Below are positions 55,979 through 64,000 of a stretch of 64,000 bases of DNA, in pieces. The DNA comes from a virus. Its lineage: Duplodnaviria > Caudoviricetes. Location of the stretch: the IMG/VR virus record IMGVR_UViG_3300027986_000001, positions 35,897 through 99,896 of that record. One strand, written 5' to 3'. Both the position numbers and the translations under genes were made by a program. The notes beneath the pieces are model-generated. The model was not told the DNA's origin. It made no database searches and worked only from the letters and a program-made list of their open reading frames with translations. Each line of letters opens with the position of its first letter. Position 1 is the stretch's first letter.

Positions 55979-57852
55979 TCGAACAGTCCTCCGAGGTCTT
56001 CATCCGTCGAAGATATTGCGGACGCAGGCGGCGGGGCCGATGCCGCAGGCTTCTTCTGTGTCTCGTTCACCTGCTCCAGAAACACCTTGATCGTCTGGGA
56101 GATAGCCGCCTCTTCAGCCTGCTCTAGCGGGCATTTGAGGATCTTTTCCTCCATTTGCCGAACAATCTCGTCCATGTTGAGTATGGCCGCGTCCGCTGCT
56201 TTGCTGACTAGGTGCGCGTCCCGGCTGCGCAGGGCCAGCCGCTGAAACGCCACCGCATCCGATGCGCCCATCTTGTCCAACTTCACGTTCTCCGCCCACT
56301 TCTGATAGTGGTGCTTGTCCGTGAAACCGTAGGAGATCGCTACGCGCCAAGACAGATCGCGGGCCTTGGCCGCCTGCTCCGCGTTAGTCAGGCCGGGCCA
56401 GAATTCCTTGGCCACGTCGAGTACGTTGGCTACGGTACGGGCCGCCATAGCGCCAGCCGATCGCGGATTCGAGTTGAACATATCCGCATCGCGGTAGACG
56501 ATAAGCTCCAAAGAATCAAGGGCGCGGCCCCGTTCTTCTATGGAGTGCTTGTCCCATTCCGAGCGGAACTCTTTGAGGTTGTCTATTCCAAAGAAACCGC
56601 ACCAGTAGTTGGTGAAACGCGGTAGAGCGGTCGGCGGCGGGACTTTCATGTACTCCGCTAAAGCGTTGAGCCGCTTAGTGCTTTCGTTGGCGGGCTTCGC
56701 TTCAGTAGGGGGAGGCGGAGGGGCAACTGGGGCCGCTACGGGCTCTGTGGTGGCCTTGGCAGCGGGCGGCTTGGCTTCGTGAACCTTAACCGCTGACGCG
56801 CCTTCCTGTCGCACCACGGCATGAATAATCCCTGTGTCGTTGGCGAGGGCTTGGGCGCGTAGGGCTGCTACGTCTTCCTTGACGTAATCCGGCTCCGTTA
56901 CCGCCCTGACCAGCGGCGCGTTCTCGGACGGCACCTTGTAGATCACAAATACGGGGCCTGAAGCGGCCTTGGGCGGCTCCGCAGCGGCTTGGGGGACTTC
57001 CGGTATCGGAGCGGACGCTACGGGGGCGGGAGCGGTCTCTGGCGGCTTGGGCTTGCCCTTCTTTCCGGTCTTGGCTTCGGCCACGGGCGGTGCAGGTGGT
57101 CCGTTGGGCACCTGCATAGTCTGGACAGGAGGCGGCTCGGGCTTGGGGGCGTCGGGGGCTGGCTGCTCCTTGAGGCGTACAACAAAGTCCCCCAAAGGAG
57201 CCTCTAACTGCCGCTCCTCGGGTAGCTCGTTGTCCATTTGGTCCAGTTCTTCCTTGACGTACACCCCTGAGGTGTTCTGTGGGAAGGCTTTACGGAACGC
57301 GAGGGCTTCGGCGCACTTCGCCAGTTGTCCGGCTGGCCGCTTGGACCACGTAGGATTGACGTATTCCTTGCTGTCCTTGACGTAAGTCTGGGCGTATTCT
57401 GACCATAGTGCGATGCCAACAAAGGGCCGCTCGATACCCTTACGATATACGCAGACCTTGGCAGCGTGCGGGAACTCCTTGGGAAGCCAAACGTCTTTCC
57501 ATGCGCCATCCTCGCCACACCATAGCGGCTCGTCTTGCCCGTTGTATTCCTCGGTCATCTCCCCGATCAGCCGGTAGCCGTCGATTCCGGTCTGGATGGT
57601 CATAATCTCTACCCACCGCTCGCCATCCCGGTCACGGACCTTCTGCTTGCGGAAGACTGCATGAATTTGTTTGGCAAATGGGTCTAAGCGAGTTCGCTTG
57701 CAAACCATTAGAAACAAGCGTAGTTCATCGTCGGTGGCCTGTCTCTCGCCACCTTTGCAGATCATGGACTTGATCAGGGCTACCTGATCTTCGTTGAAGT
57801 CCGTGAAGGGGCTTAAATCAACGGTCGGTTTTGTTACTGCGGTTTCGCTCAT
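55975..57852 (-). CDS. bet: Bet/RecT-family single-strand annealing protein with long C-terminal extension
   Basis: ATDDELRLFL..LDPFAKQIH, QTGIDGYRLI, WSKRPAGQLAKCAEALAFRKAFP..SGVY..EE. Confidence 0.92.
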   Translation of the reverse strand: MSETAVTKPTVDLSPFTDFNEDQVALIKSMICKGGERQATDDELRLFLMVCKRTRLDPFAKQIHAVFRKQKVRDRDGERWVEIMTIQTGIDGYRLIGEMTEEYNGQDEPLWCGEDGAWKDVWLPKEFPHAAKVCVYRKGIERPFVGIALWSEYAQTYVKDSKEYVNPTWSKRPAGQLAKCAEALAFRKAFPQNTSGVYVKEELDQMDNELPEERQLEAPLGDFVVRLKEQPAPDAPKPEPPPVQTMQVPNGPPAPPVAEAKTGKKGKPKPPETAPAPVASAPIPEVPQAAAEPPKAASGPVFVIYKVPSENAPLVRAVTEPDYVKEDVAALRAQALANDTGIIHAVVRQEGASAVKVHEAKPPAAKATTEPVAAPVAPPPPPTEAKPANESTKRLNALAEYMKVPPPTALPRFTNYWCGFFGIDNLKEFRSEWDKHSIEERGRALDSLELIVYRDADMFNSNPRSAGAMAARTVANVLDVAKEFWPGLTNAEQAAKARDLSWRVAISYGFTDKHHYQKWAENVKLDKMGASDAVAFQRLALRSRDAHLVSKAADAAILNMDEIVRQMEEKILKCPLEQAEEAAISQTIKVFLEQVNETQKKPAASAPPPASAISSTDEDLGGLFE

Positions 57853-57897
57853 TCAGTTGTTCTCCTGTAAAATATTAGACTGTTTTGCGGCGGATCA

Positions 57898-57934
57898 ATT
57901 ATGCGGCCCCCCGCGTGTGAAGTCAAGAGTTTTG
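57898..57934 (-). promoter_or_regulatory. Leftward promoter CAAAACTCTTGACT-17-CATAAT for the bet operon
   Basis: Shared extended -35 motif, 17-nt spacer. Confidence 0.7.
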
Positions 57935-57936
57935 TT

Positions 57937-58515
57937 TCAGTTCAGGCTTACATATCCCTTTGTTTGCGCGAGTTTAATCATTTGATTCGCCTCCGCAATC
58001 GCCTCGGACAGCCGCTTCTTGACGTTCGAATAGTCATTTTTGTCGGCCTTTTCCAATTGAACAACCGCTTCGAGCATCAGCGGGTTCAGAAGTTGGTCTT
58101 TGGTCGATAGCCGCGTCAGTAGATAGGTCAGGATTCCGTTCAAGGCCGCCGCCAGATTGGCAACGTTCGTTTCCTCGGCAATGATCTCGGAAGCCATATC
58201 TTGCCATTCGGGTGAACAAACCAGTTCAACGGTAACAAGCTCGCTAGCAATGCGCCGCGCCGCGCGCCGGTCGGGACCGTCTTCAATCCCCATGACAGTC
58301 AAATCCGGTTTCCTCTCGTCGGCATCGCAAGCGACCCGCAGGGCCTTGATGGCTTGGGCGATGTCAGGGTGCTCGGCATCGTCAAACGGAACCTCCGCCC
58401 CAGAGGGCTCGCGTTTGGACCAACGGTAGGCCCTTTCCCTGAGCTTCAGTAATGTCAAGGTTAGGCCGCTGCCATCGGAGTAGAGGATCGTAGCTTTGCG
58501 GACGGGATGGGTCAT
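57937..58515 (-). CDS. Hypothetical protein
   Basis: Start MTHPVRK via ATGA overlap. Confidence 0.55.
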   Translation of the reverse strand: MTHPVRKATILYSDGSGLTLTLLKLRERAYRWSKREPSGAEVPFDDAEHPDIAQAIKALRVACDADERKPDLTVMGIEDGPDRRAARRIASELVTVELVCSPEWQDMASEIIAEETNVANLAAALNGILTYLLTRLSTKDQLLNPLMLEAVVQLEKADKNDYSNVKKRLSEAIAEANQMIKLAQTKGYVSLN

Positions 58516-58748
58516 ACCACCCCTAGCCTTTCCCGAAGTTTTCTTGCATGTAAACCACAAAAGCGCAAACCTTCCACGGTCTGGCTGGCCTGCCTGCCGC
58601 ACTGGTGAAACCCAACGCCTCGCCCTTCGTCGTGTACCGATGCGCGGCAGTCCTTTTCTCCTTTCGCAATACTATAGCCCACGCTTTTTTCCCACCCAAG
58701 AGGTTCATAGCAAAACCATTTAATGGTATCCGCCTGCTTTACGGTCAT
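58512..58748 (-). CDS. Small zinc-binding hypothetical protein
   Basis: C..V...FHQCGR....FCGLH motif. Confidence 0.6.
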   Translation of the reverse strand: MTVKQADTIKWFCYEPLGWEKSVGYSIAKGEKDCRASVHDEGRGVGFHQCGRQASQTVEGLRFCGLHARKLRERLGVV

Positions 58749-59228
58749 ATGTTCTCCTTTTCCGGCAGCCGTTTAGAGTAGTGCTTTACCTTCCGCTGCC
58801 ACTTCTTAATAATCGTTTGTATCCGCTTCAGCCGCGACTGATGCTGGGCAAGCATGGCTTGGGCGTGCGCCAGCTTCTTGGCCTGTTTGTCCGTTTTGGT
58901 CGGCTCCGGCTTAGGCGATTTCAGTCTAATGTTGTACTGCTCGGCGTAGACGTACGCATTTGCCGTGAAGCGTCCGCTACCAGGACGTGTTTGTATCGTA
59001 GTGCCGAGGTGATACCACAGGAATCGCTCGATCATCCAAGCCAGTTCCGGCATCGGCAGCCCGTAGTTCACCGCCACGCGCGGATGAGGTAGATCGATGA
59101 TCGCCCATCCATCCCGGGAAGTGTACCCGCACATTTACATCGCGGCCCCGCACGTCATCGGCTACCCGCAGCACTAGGCGCTTCATGTCGTGGGTGTTGT
59201 AAGGGGTTGAGTTAGTGACGCGGATCAA
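58745..59228 (-). pseudogene. Hypothetical gene split across two frames near 59134
   Basis: N-terminus (TTG 59228, coupled to the upstream stop) and C-terminal KLAHAQAML..KKWQRKVKHY coiled coil are in different frames. Confidence 0.5.
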
Positions 59229-60256
59229 GCCTTGGCCGCCTTAACGTCGTATTGACTGGTTACTAGCCCGCGCTCCAACTTGCCCCGCACATGATCCGGC
59301 CAGAAGTAGACACCCTTGTGAGATTCGGAGCCGAACAAACCGCGTTGACGGTAGTCTTTGAAATGCCCCCGGCAGATGTGCATCGCCTTTTCGATGCCGG
59401 TATGTTCGATCTGTCCCTCGTGCTTAAGGATCTTTCGGACGGGTTCGATATGAATCGTGTGGAACCGCGAGAGCGGCCTACCGTGCCGCGTCTGATGCTT
59501 CTTGGATAGCGGTGCGTCCGGCTTGTGCTCCGTGATCTCTACGTTCTTGCAGTGCATGAACGTGACCGCCAGCCAAGCCGCAAAGCAGAGCGTATTGAAG
59601 ATATCCGGCATGCGCCGCTGTCGCTCCATCGCGCCTTCCGCTTCTGGGTCGTTACCGAACAAGATTCGGCGCGCGTACTCTTCGAGCCGCTCTTTTCTTC
59701 CGGGAAAACTATAGACCGAATGATGTGCCCGCCCATCTTCGTCTATGAAGGCGCTGTAAATAGCCGCCAGCATTGGCGGATCGTCGTGTCCTAAATCTAC
59801 AAAGAGAAAATACCGGCAGTACCATTTACCGTTATCGCGGAGCATGGCCGCCAGAACCTTGTCGGAGCCGTGTTCGTTATCTTCACCCACGTGCCGCTCG
59901 CTTAAGGTGCGTATTTCTTCGAGCGTCCAGCTTGATGCCCATATGACCCATTCAAGAAACGGGATATTGGCTCCGCTGTGCGCTTTAACCGAGAGCATAA
60001 AGTTGCGAAACGGTGGGGCACAATTGAATTGGGAATAATCGATCTTGGCAACTGTCTCTTGCCCGTCCGCGCCGATATCGTGAACGTACTGCCTCATATT
60101 CGACAACGCATAGTCGGCAACATTGTCGGCAACGATGACTTTAGCCTGCTGCATTACAGGGATGAACTTTTCGAGAACACGATGGCCTTGTAACCCATCG
60201 ATAGTCCCGTACTGATCCCGCCAGCCACCGAGTAGAATGCGGTCATGTAGTCGCAT
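59225..60256 (-). CDS. Conserved phage hypothetical protein
   Basis: PPFRNF, FMHCKNV, HICRGHFKDY..FWPDHVRG motifs; SD AAGGAG. Confidence 0.75.
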   Translation of the reverse strand: MRLHDRILLGGWRDQYGTIDGLQGHRVLEKFIPVMQQAKVIVADNVADYALSNMRQYVHDIGADGQETVAKIDYSQFNCAPPFRNFMLSVKAHSGANIPFLEWVIWASSWTLEEIRTLSERHVGEDNEHGSDKVLAAMLRDNGKWYCRYFLFVDLGHDDPPMLAAIYSAFIDEDGRAHHSVYSFPGRKERLEEYARRILFGNDPEAEGAMERQRRMPDIFNTLCFAAWLAVTFMHCKNVEITEHKPDAPLSKKHQTRHGRPLSRFHTIHIEPVRKILKHEGQIEHTGIEKAMHICRGHFKDYRQRGLFGSESHKGVYFWPDHVRGKLERGLVTSQYDVKAAKA

Positions 60257-60371
60257 GTGTTTTCGTCTCCTTTCTATGCGCAGTCGGCTCCGCCACAGGA
60301 GAGACTGAAAACGAAACCGCTGCGCAAGTTGCGGACGGATCACCACCCCTGATGTCCGCCCGCAAGACCGT

Positions 60372-60593
60372 TTAGCTAAATATCAACTCGGCGTAGCCGG
60401 GCTTTTTGACTATTAATCGGTTGCCGTAGGCTTCCCATGCCGCCAAGCAATAGCACGCCGCGAGGATCTGCTGTGCATCAAAAATCGCTCGGCGCTCATC
60501 GTCCCGCATGTGAGATTCTGTCTGAGGAAGCCATAGGCGTTCCTGTAAGTAGTCGCGGGCATGCCCAATTGTTGCCATCCCTAACGTCCCCAT
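60372..60593 (-). CDS. Hypothetical protein
   Basis: Follows the VWA gene after GAGG. Confidence 0.5.
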   Translation of the reverse strand: MGTLGMATIGHARDYLQERLWLPQTESHMRDDERRAIFDAQQILAACYCLAAWEAYGNRLIVKKPGYAELIFS

Positions 60594-60594
60594 G

Positions 60595-61794
60595 TCAGTT
60601 GTCCTCGATGAGTACTGTCTCTCCGAACGGTGCCTGTACGTCGCGGGTCGGAGTAGCAAAAAGTACGGGGTATGACGGCTCCGGCGGGTACCCCCCGATG
60701 TACATATCCGTGAGGACGATTGAGCATACCGGCTCGATACCGGACTGCTCTACCCACTCAAAGCTGGCCCGCAGGTCAGTTCCACCACCACCGCGCATTT
60801 TGAAGGTAATCTCTTCGTCGCAAGAGAACTCCTCAACTCCCTGGACGATCGTGTCCCAATAGATCACCCGTATCCGCTCGGGATGAGCCTCGCCCGCTAT
60901 GGCATTCAATTCCGCCGCCCATTGATCCAGTAGCCCTTGCCACGTTGAGCCGCTGCAATCCACATGAACGTCGATTGCGCCAATACCCTCGCGGCGGATA
61001 GACGGAAGACCTAGCCCGAGAGCGAGATACCGCCGGTTTAACGGCGTCCATTGGTAATCGCGGGGCTCCGTAGATGTTTGAATGAACCGCTGAAGAACTT
61101 CTCTCCAGTCCACCTTGGCCCGTAGAGATTCAGCCACCATCTTTTCGAGGCTGCCCGGCTGGCACCCTACCCGCTTCGCGTTGGATTGTGCTTGCGAAGC
61201 GGCAATCTTCCATTCTTGCTCAAGCTGCTGCTTCTGCTCCGTGGTTAGCGGCTGGCCGTCGTCGTCAGTCGGATCGAGAACGCCGCCGAAGTCCCAGGAG
61301 TCGCTGTCGCCCTGCCCCTTGCCTTGGCCGCTGCCGCCGCCCTTCTTACTTTGCGGAGGATCGGGGAGTAGGTTATAGACTTGCTCCGCATACATTCCGG
61401 CATACTTCTGATCGAGCAGCGCACCTTTGGGGAGAGTGTACTTGGCGTCAACCAAGCAGAGATTAAGCGTAAAATCCGCGCTCCTATTCCATTTGAGCGG
61501 CTGACGATCACCCCTGCGGGCCATGTGGCCCATTAAACAGTGTCCGACCTCATGAGCTATTAAGCCCGTCAGTTCGAGGTCATCGAGCGTAGCGATATAC
61601 TTAGCGCACCAGAACAGATGTTTGCCGTCCGTGGCTGCCGTGGCGCATGGAGCCCCGTTAGCAAGGAACCATGCCTCATCGCGTTCGGCTAGGATCAGCC
61701 GAAGCACAACCGAACTCATAAACGGGCTATTCAACATTAGGTGCGTTCTCGCCCGCTGGAGCCGCTTGAATTGGTATTCACTGTGCGGAGTCAT
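60595..61794 (-). CDS. Metallopeptidase plus VWA domain protein (DUF2201-like)
   Basis: TAATDG, HEVGH (HExxH), DCSGS MIDAS, GGGGTD, LTD; own SD AAGGAG before ATG 61794. Confidence 0.9.
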   Translation of the reverse strand: MTPHSEYQFKRLQRARTHLMLNSPFMSSVVLRLILAERDEAWFLANGAPCATAATDGKHLFWCAKYIATLDDLELTGLIAHEVGHCLMGHMARRGDRQPLKWNRSADFTLNLCLVDAKYTLPKGALLDQKYAGMYAEQVYNLLPDPPQSKKGGGSGQGKGQGDSDSWDFGGVLDPTDDDGQPLTTEQKQQLEQEWKIAASQAQSNAKRVGCQPGSLEKMVAESLRAKVDWREVLQRFIQTSTEPRDYQWTPLNRRYLALGLGLPSIRREGIGAIDVHVDCSGSTWQGLLDQWAAELNAIAGEAHPERIRVIYWDTIVQGVEEFSCDEEITFKMRGGGGTDLRASFEWVEQSGIEPVCSIVLTDMYIGGYPPEPSYPVLFATPTRDVQAPFGETVLIEDN

Positions 61795-62109
61795 GCTCTG
61801 CTCCTTTTTGCCTTTGCCTCGGCGGCCTCGCGGCGCCGTAGCGGACAAAATGCGCCGCCCGTCGTTCGCCCAAGCCAGCGTGACGCTGTAGTAGTAATCG
61901 CGGGCTTCGGACGCGATAGAGCGCAGTTTCTTGAGCGGTTCATCGGGTCCGAGACGCTTGCGGTAGCGGCCTACAGACTCGTTAGCGCCGCGTTTCTCGG
62001 CTACCTCGCGGCTGATTTTGGCGTCGTACTTGTGAGCGGACCAAACGCTGATGCTCAAACCGGCGAGCATGGCCTTTGATGATAGATCGTGTGAAAAGTT
62101 AGTGTTCAT
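61791..62109 (-). pseudogene. Internally deleted DUF3150-like gene now in frame with the VWA gene
   Basis: N-terminus AMLAGLSISVWSAHKYD..TLAW...G.RIL breaks off; an alternative frame gives LRRREAAEAKAKRSRA-stop with ATGA overlap. Confidence 0.6.
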
Positions 62110-62139
62110 TGTTGTCTCTCCTGTCTTGTCGAAAATTTT

Positions 62140-62328
62140 CTAATCCCCGTCCCCGTCCCCGGCCCCGTCCCCGTACCCGTCCCCGTCCCCGTACCCGTCC
62201 CCGGCCCCGGATCCGTCCCCGGCCCCGTACCCGTCCCCGTCCCCGTCCCCGTACCCGTCCCCGGCTAAGGTTAGTAGTAGTGTCTGCTTGCCGTTAAGGA
62301 CATGGGCGATCATCCACAAGGGGGTCAT
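62140..62328 (-). CDS. Gly-Asp repeat protein
   Basis: 20 Gly-X dyads (X = D, Y, A, S); ATGA overlap with upstream gene. Confidence 0.7.
   Translation of the reverse strand: MTPLWMIAHVLNGKQTLLLTLAGDGYGDGDGDGYGAGDGSGAGDGYGDGDGYGDGAGDGDGD
62143..62262. repeat. Hexamer tandem repeat (GGGGAC-type on minus strand) x20
   Basis: Direct reading; 19 of 20 Gly codons are GGG. Confidence 0.9.
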
Positions 62329-62618
62329 CGCTTCCCCCAAGCCGCTGCGTTACACTCAACGCAGAATATAACCGCCTTGCGTTCGGCGCGAACCAACGGG
62401 GATTTGTCCAGCACCGTATTCGGTAGCGGACCAAGCTCCGCTAATTCCCCTAATCCTTTCGCTGTTCCCCATCTTCGAACGCAACTAGCGTTGTGGATAA
62501 GATAGTATCCGTCTACGACATGCGCTTCACCGACGTACACGAACCCTCGGTCCATCACGACTATTTGTAGCCCGAGATCGATACCGGCCTCGGGCCGCTG
62601 CTGTTTAGCTTGCTTCAT
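62325..62618 (-). CDS. Sm-like fold phage protein (DUF6948-like)
   Basis: IVVMDRGFVYVG..NASCVRRWGT.KGLGELA..GP; commonly precedes GD-repeat ORFs. Confidence 0.65.
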   Translation of the reverse strand: MKQAKQQRPEAGIDLGLQIVVMDRGFVYVGEAHVVDGYYLIHNASCVRRWGTAKGLGELAELGPLPNTVLDKSPLVRAERKAVIFCVECNAAAWGKR

Positions 62619-62811
62619 TCTGTCTCTCCTTGTATGCGAGTTGCGCCGCGAACTCCAATGCACGCTCCCCGGCCCTCATGTGCCGCAGGGTTTTGATCTT
62701 AGTCCAATACCACTTCCTGTGTTCCTTGGCGTGCTCAGTAGCCCGGTAAAGATTGATGTTGCAATAGCACGAACCGGAACTGACCACCGAAATGCAGTGA
62801 AGGATATCCAC
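62605..62811 (-). CDS. Hypothetical protein
   Basis: Operon packing. Confidence 0.45.
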   Translation of the reverse strand: MDILHCISVVSSGSCYCNINLYRATEHAKEHRKWYWTKIKTLRHMRAGERALEFAAQLAYKERQNEAS

Positions 62812-62813
62812 GG

Positions 62814-63821
62814 CTACTTCCCGTTAGATCCCCGCAGGAAATCGTTGTGAAGTTGTCCCCACGAAATAAATAGCGGCGTCCGCATCAGGCTGGCGTCCCG
62901 CTCCGTTGCATCGCGGATAGTGAGAATGCCGAACTCGGGCGGCAGGCGGTCGGCGTAGGTCATAACCGCTTCGAGATTCAGCTTGGTAGCCGCCCGCGCA
63001 ATAGCGGACGAGACTGCGTACTGCGTACCCGGATCTTTGGGTACGGGTGCCTCCTTCGGGTGCATTAGAATCTCGTAAACCGAAGGCAGTTCGCGGAACA
63101 GCTTCAGGAAGCCCATTAGCTCCGTTGCGGCTCCGGTGCCTACGCACCCCTCGTAAAGCTCAAACTCGATATTAGGGGATGGATTCTGCGCCATGAGTTG
63201 AGAAACAAACTCCCACGTGCGCGGAGAAGGCTGAGCGTAGTCTTTTTTGCTGAAGACATGGAGAAGCTCAGGCCGGAAGCGGATAAACCCGATCAGTTCC
63301 GGTTGCACTTCGGCGTCCGCTGCCCATTTCGTCCATGCTTCGGGCGAGGTTTCTAGGTGCAGGTGTACTAGACGGTTGCGGAGCGGTACGGGCATTTCGT
63401 GAACCGCCGCCGCGTCGATCATGCGATTGCCAGCCGCAAAGACGTAGACGCTATCGGGAAGCCTCTCCTCGCCGATTTTGTGTTCCAGCATGAAGCGGTA
63501 GAGAGCGGCCTGAACGAGCGGCGGAGCCGTAGGCAGGTCGTCCCAGAAGACCGCTACCTTGCCGCCGTTGTTGCGGACCTTGAGTATCAGTTCGGGCGGA
63601 AACCAGCGGGTAACGTTGTTCTCCCGATCCGGCCAAGGCGTGCCTTTGATGTCTACCGGATCGTAGTGAACAGCGGACTCCGTAATGACTTGGTAGCCGC
63701 GATCGTGAAAGTACTTCTCCGATAGCTGGGTTTTGCCGCATCCCGGAGCGCCGTTAATGAACACTGGACGCCGCGCCGGTACGCAAACGTCCAAGGCATC
63801 ACAGATTTGCTGATGGGTCAT
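62814..63821 (-). CDS. MoxR-type AAA+ ATPase
   Basis: GAPGCGKT, VFWDDL, AAGNR, PLRNRLVH, PSPRTW; start MTHQQ after GAGGTG. Confidence 0.9.
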   Translation of the reverse strand: MTHQQICDALDVCVPARRPVFINGAPGCGKTQLSEKYFHDRGYQVITESAVHYDPVDIKGTPWPDRENNVTRWFPPELILKVRNNGGKVAVFWDDLPTAPPLVQAALYRFMLEHKIGEERLPDSVYVFAAGNRMIDAAAVHEMPVPLRNRLVHLHLETSPEAWTKWAADAEVQPELIGFIRFRPELLHVFSKKDYAQPSPRTWEFVSQLMAQNPSPNIEFELYEGCVGTGAATELMGFLKLFRELPSVYEILMHPKEAPVPKDPGTQYAVSSAIARAATKLNLEAVMTYADRLPPEFGILTIRDATERDASLMRTPLFISWGQLHNDFLRGSNGK

Positions 63822-64000
63822 CGGGCCACCTCGGCCACGGCATCGTAATCGAGCGTGCCGTCCTCTACCTTGCAAGTCTCTAGAGTGTCGATTACTCCGC
63901 TGTCGATGTTCACTTCGCACCTCCAAACCGCATCCTGATAGTCCGAATGCGCCCATGCTGCTGTACTTCGCGGCGCTCCAGCATGGCTAGGGTAGCCAGC

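Noticed and set aside
1051-57880. CRISPR array or attachment-site interpretation of the dispersed palindrome
   Set aside because: Copies are kilobases apart with no spacer periodicity; no cas or integrase gene in the window
60595-62109. Single natural 504-aa protein as given by the ORF track
   Set aside because: Internal SD and ATG at 61794 plus an out-of-frame C-terminus indicate two genes joined by a deletion
4092-62142. Genome-wide TAG reassignment, suggested by TAG stops in frame with the next gene (5195, 7439, 21966, 24003, 32387, 62140)
   Set aside because: Long genes have no internal TAGs, several downstream genes have their own SD, in-frame adjacency also occurs with TAA (29749/29748), and one third is expected by chance
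62109-62297. Arg-Pro repeat ORF on the plus strand
   Set aside because: Reverse complement of the GD repeat; the minus-strand ORF is translationally coupled
1-64000. tRNA or rRNA genes
   Set aside because: No cloverleaf with a T-loop consensus recognised in intergenic regions by eye; tRNAscan-SE would be needed to exclude them
1-64000. Host assignment (Acidobacteria-like impression from signal peptide style and GC content)
   Set aside because: Impression only; needs homology or CRISPR spacer matching

Overview
This window is a 64-kb internal segment of a tailed dsDNA phage or prophage, probably podovirus-like. Terminase, portal, major capsid and integrase genes are not seen, so they presumably lie outside the window. 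The host is unassigned. 1-24 kb (+) is a late/structural arm: sugar C-methyltransferase, two glycosyltransferase-like genes, a papain-like peptidase, head-tail adaptors, a nozzle-like protein, a tail fibre, a GNAT and four ejection-protein-like ORFs. It is interrupted by antisense HNH and HD-domain cassettes. 24-33 kb (-) holds a replication/lysis block (initiator with iterons, DnaB, lysozyme, resolvase-like nuclease, HNH genes). 33-47 kb (+) is a second fibre/adhesin block of very large Thr/Gly/Ser/Cys-rich proteins. 47-64 kb (mostly -) is early/recombination: intein-containing SF2 helicase, Bet, PD-(D/E)xK nuclease, MoxR-type AAA plus VWA-metallopeptidase. Most notable: (i) the fibre-like proteins, including the one in the tail module and its neighbouring coiled-coil protein, carry Sec-type signal peptides, suggesting export of virion appendages; (ii) ten copies of a 14-bp quasi-palindrome (GTMHAATATTDKAC) are dispersed genome-wide; (iii) several 5' leaders have a hairpin loop complementary to the Shine-Dalgarno region; (iv) a prfB-like CUU-UAG +1 frameshift candidate lies in an ejection gene; (v) several genes show apparent deletion or nonsense lesions. 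All functional calls come from motif recognition by eye; no database searches were run.
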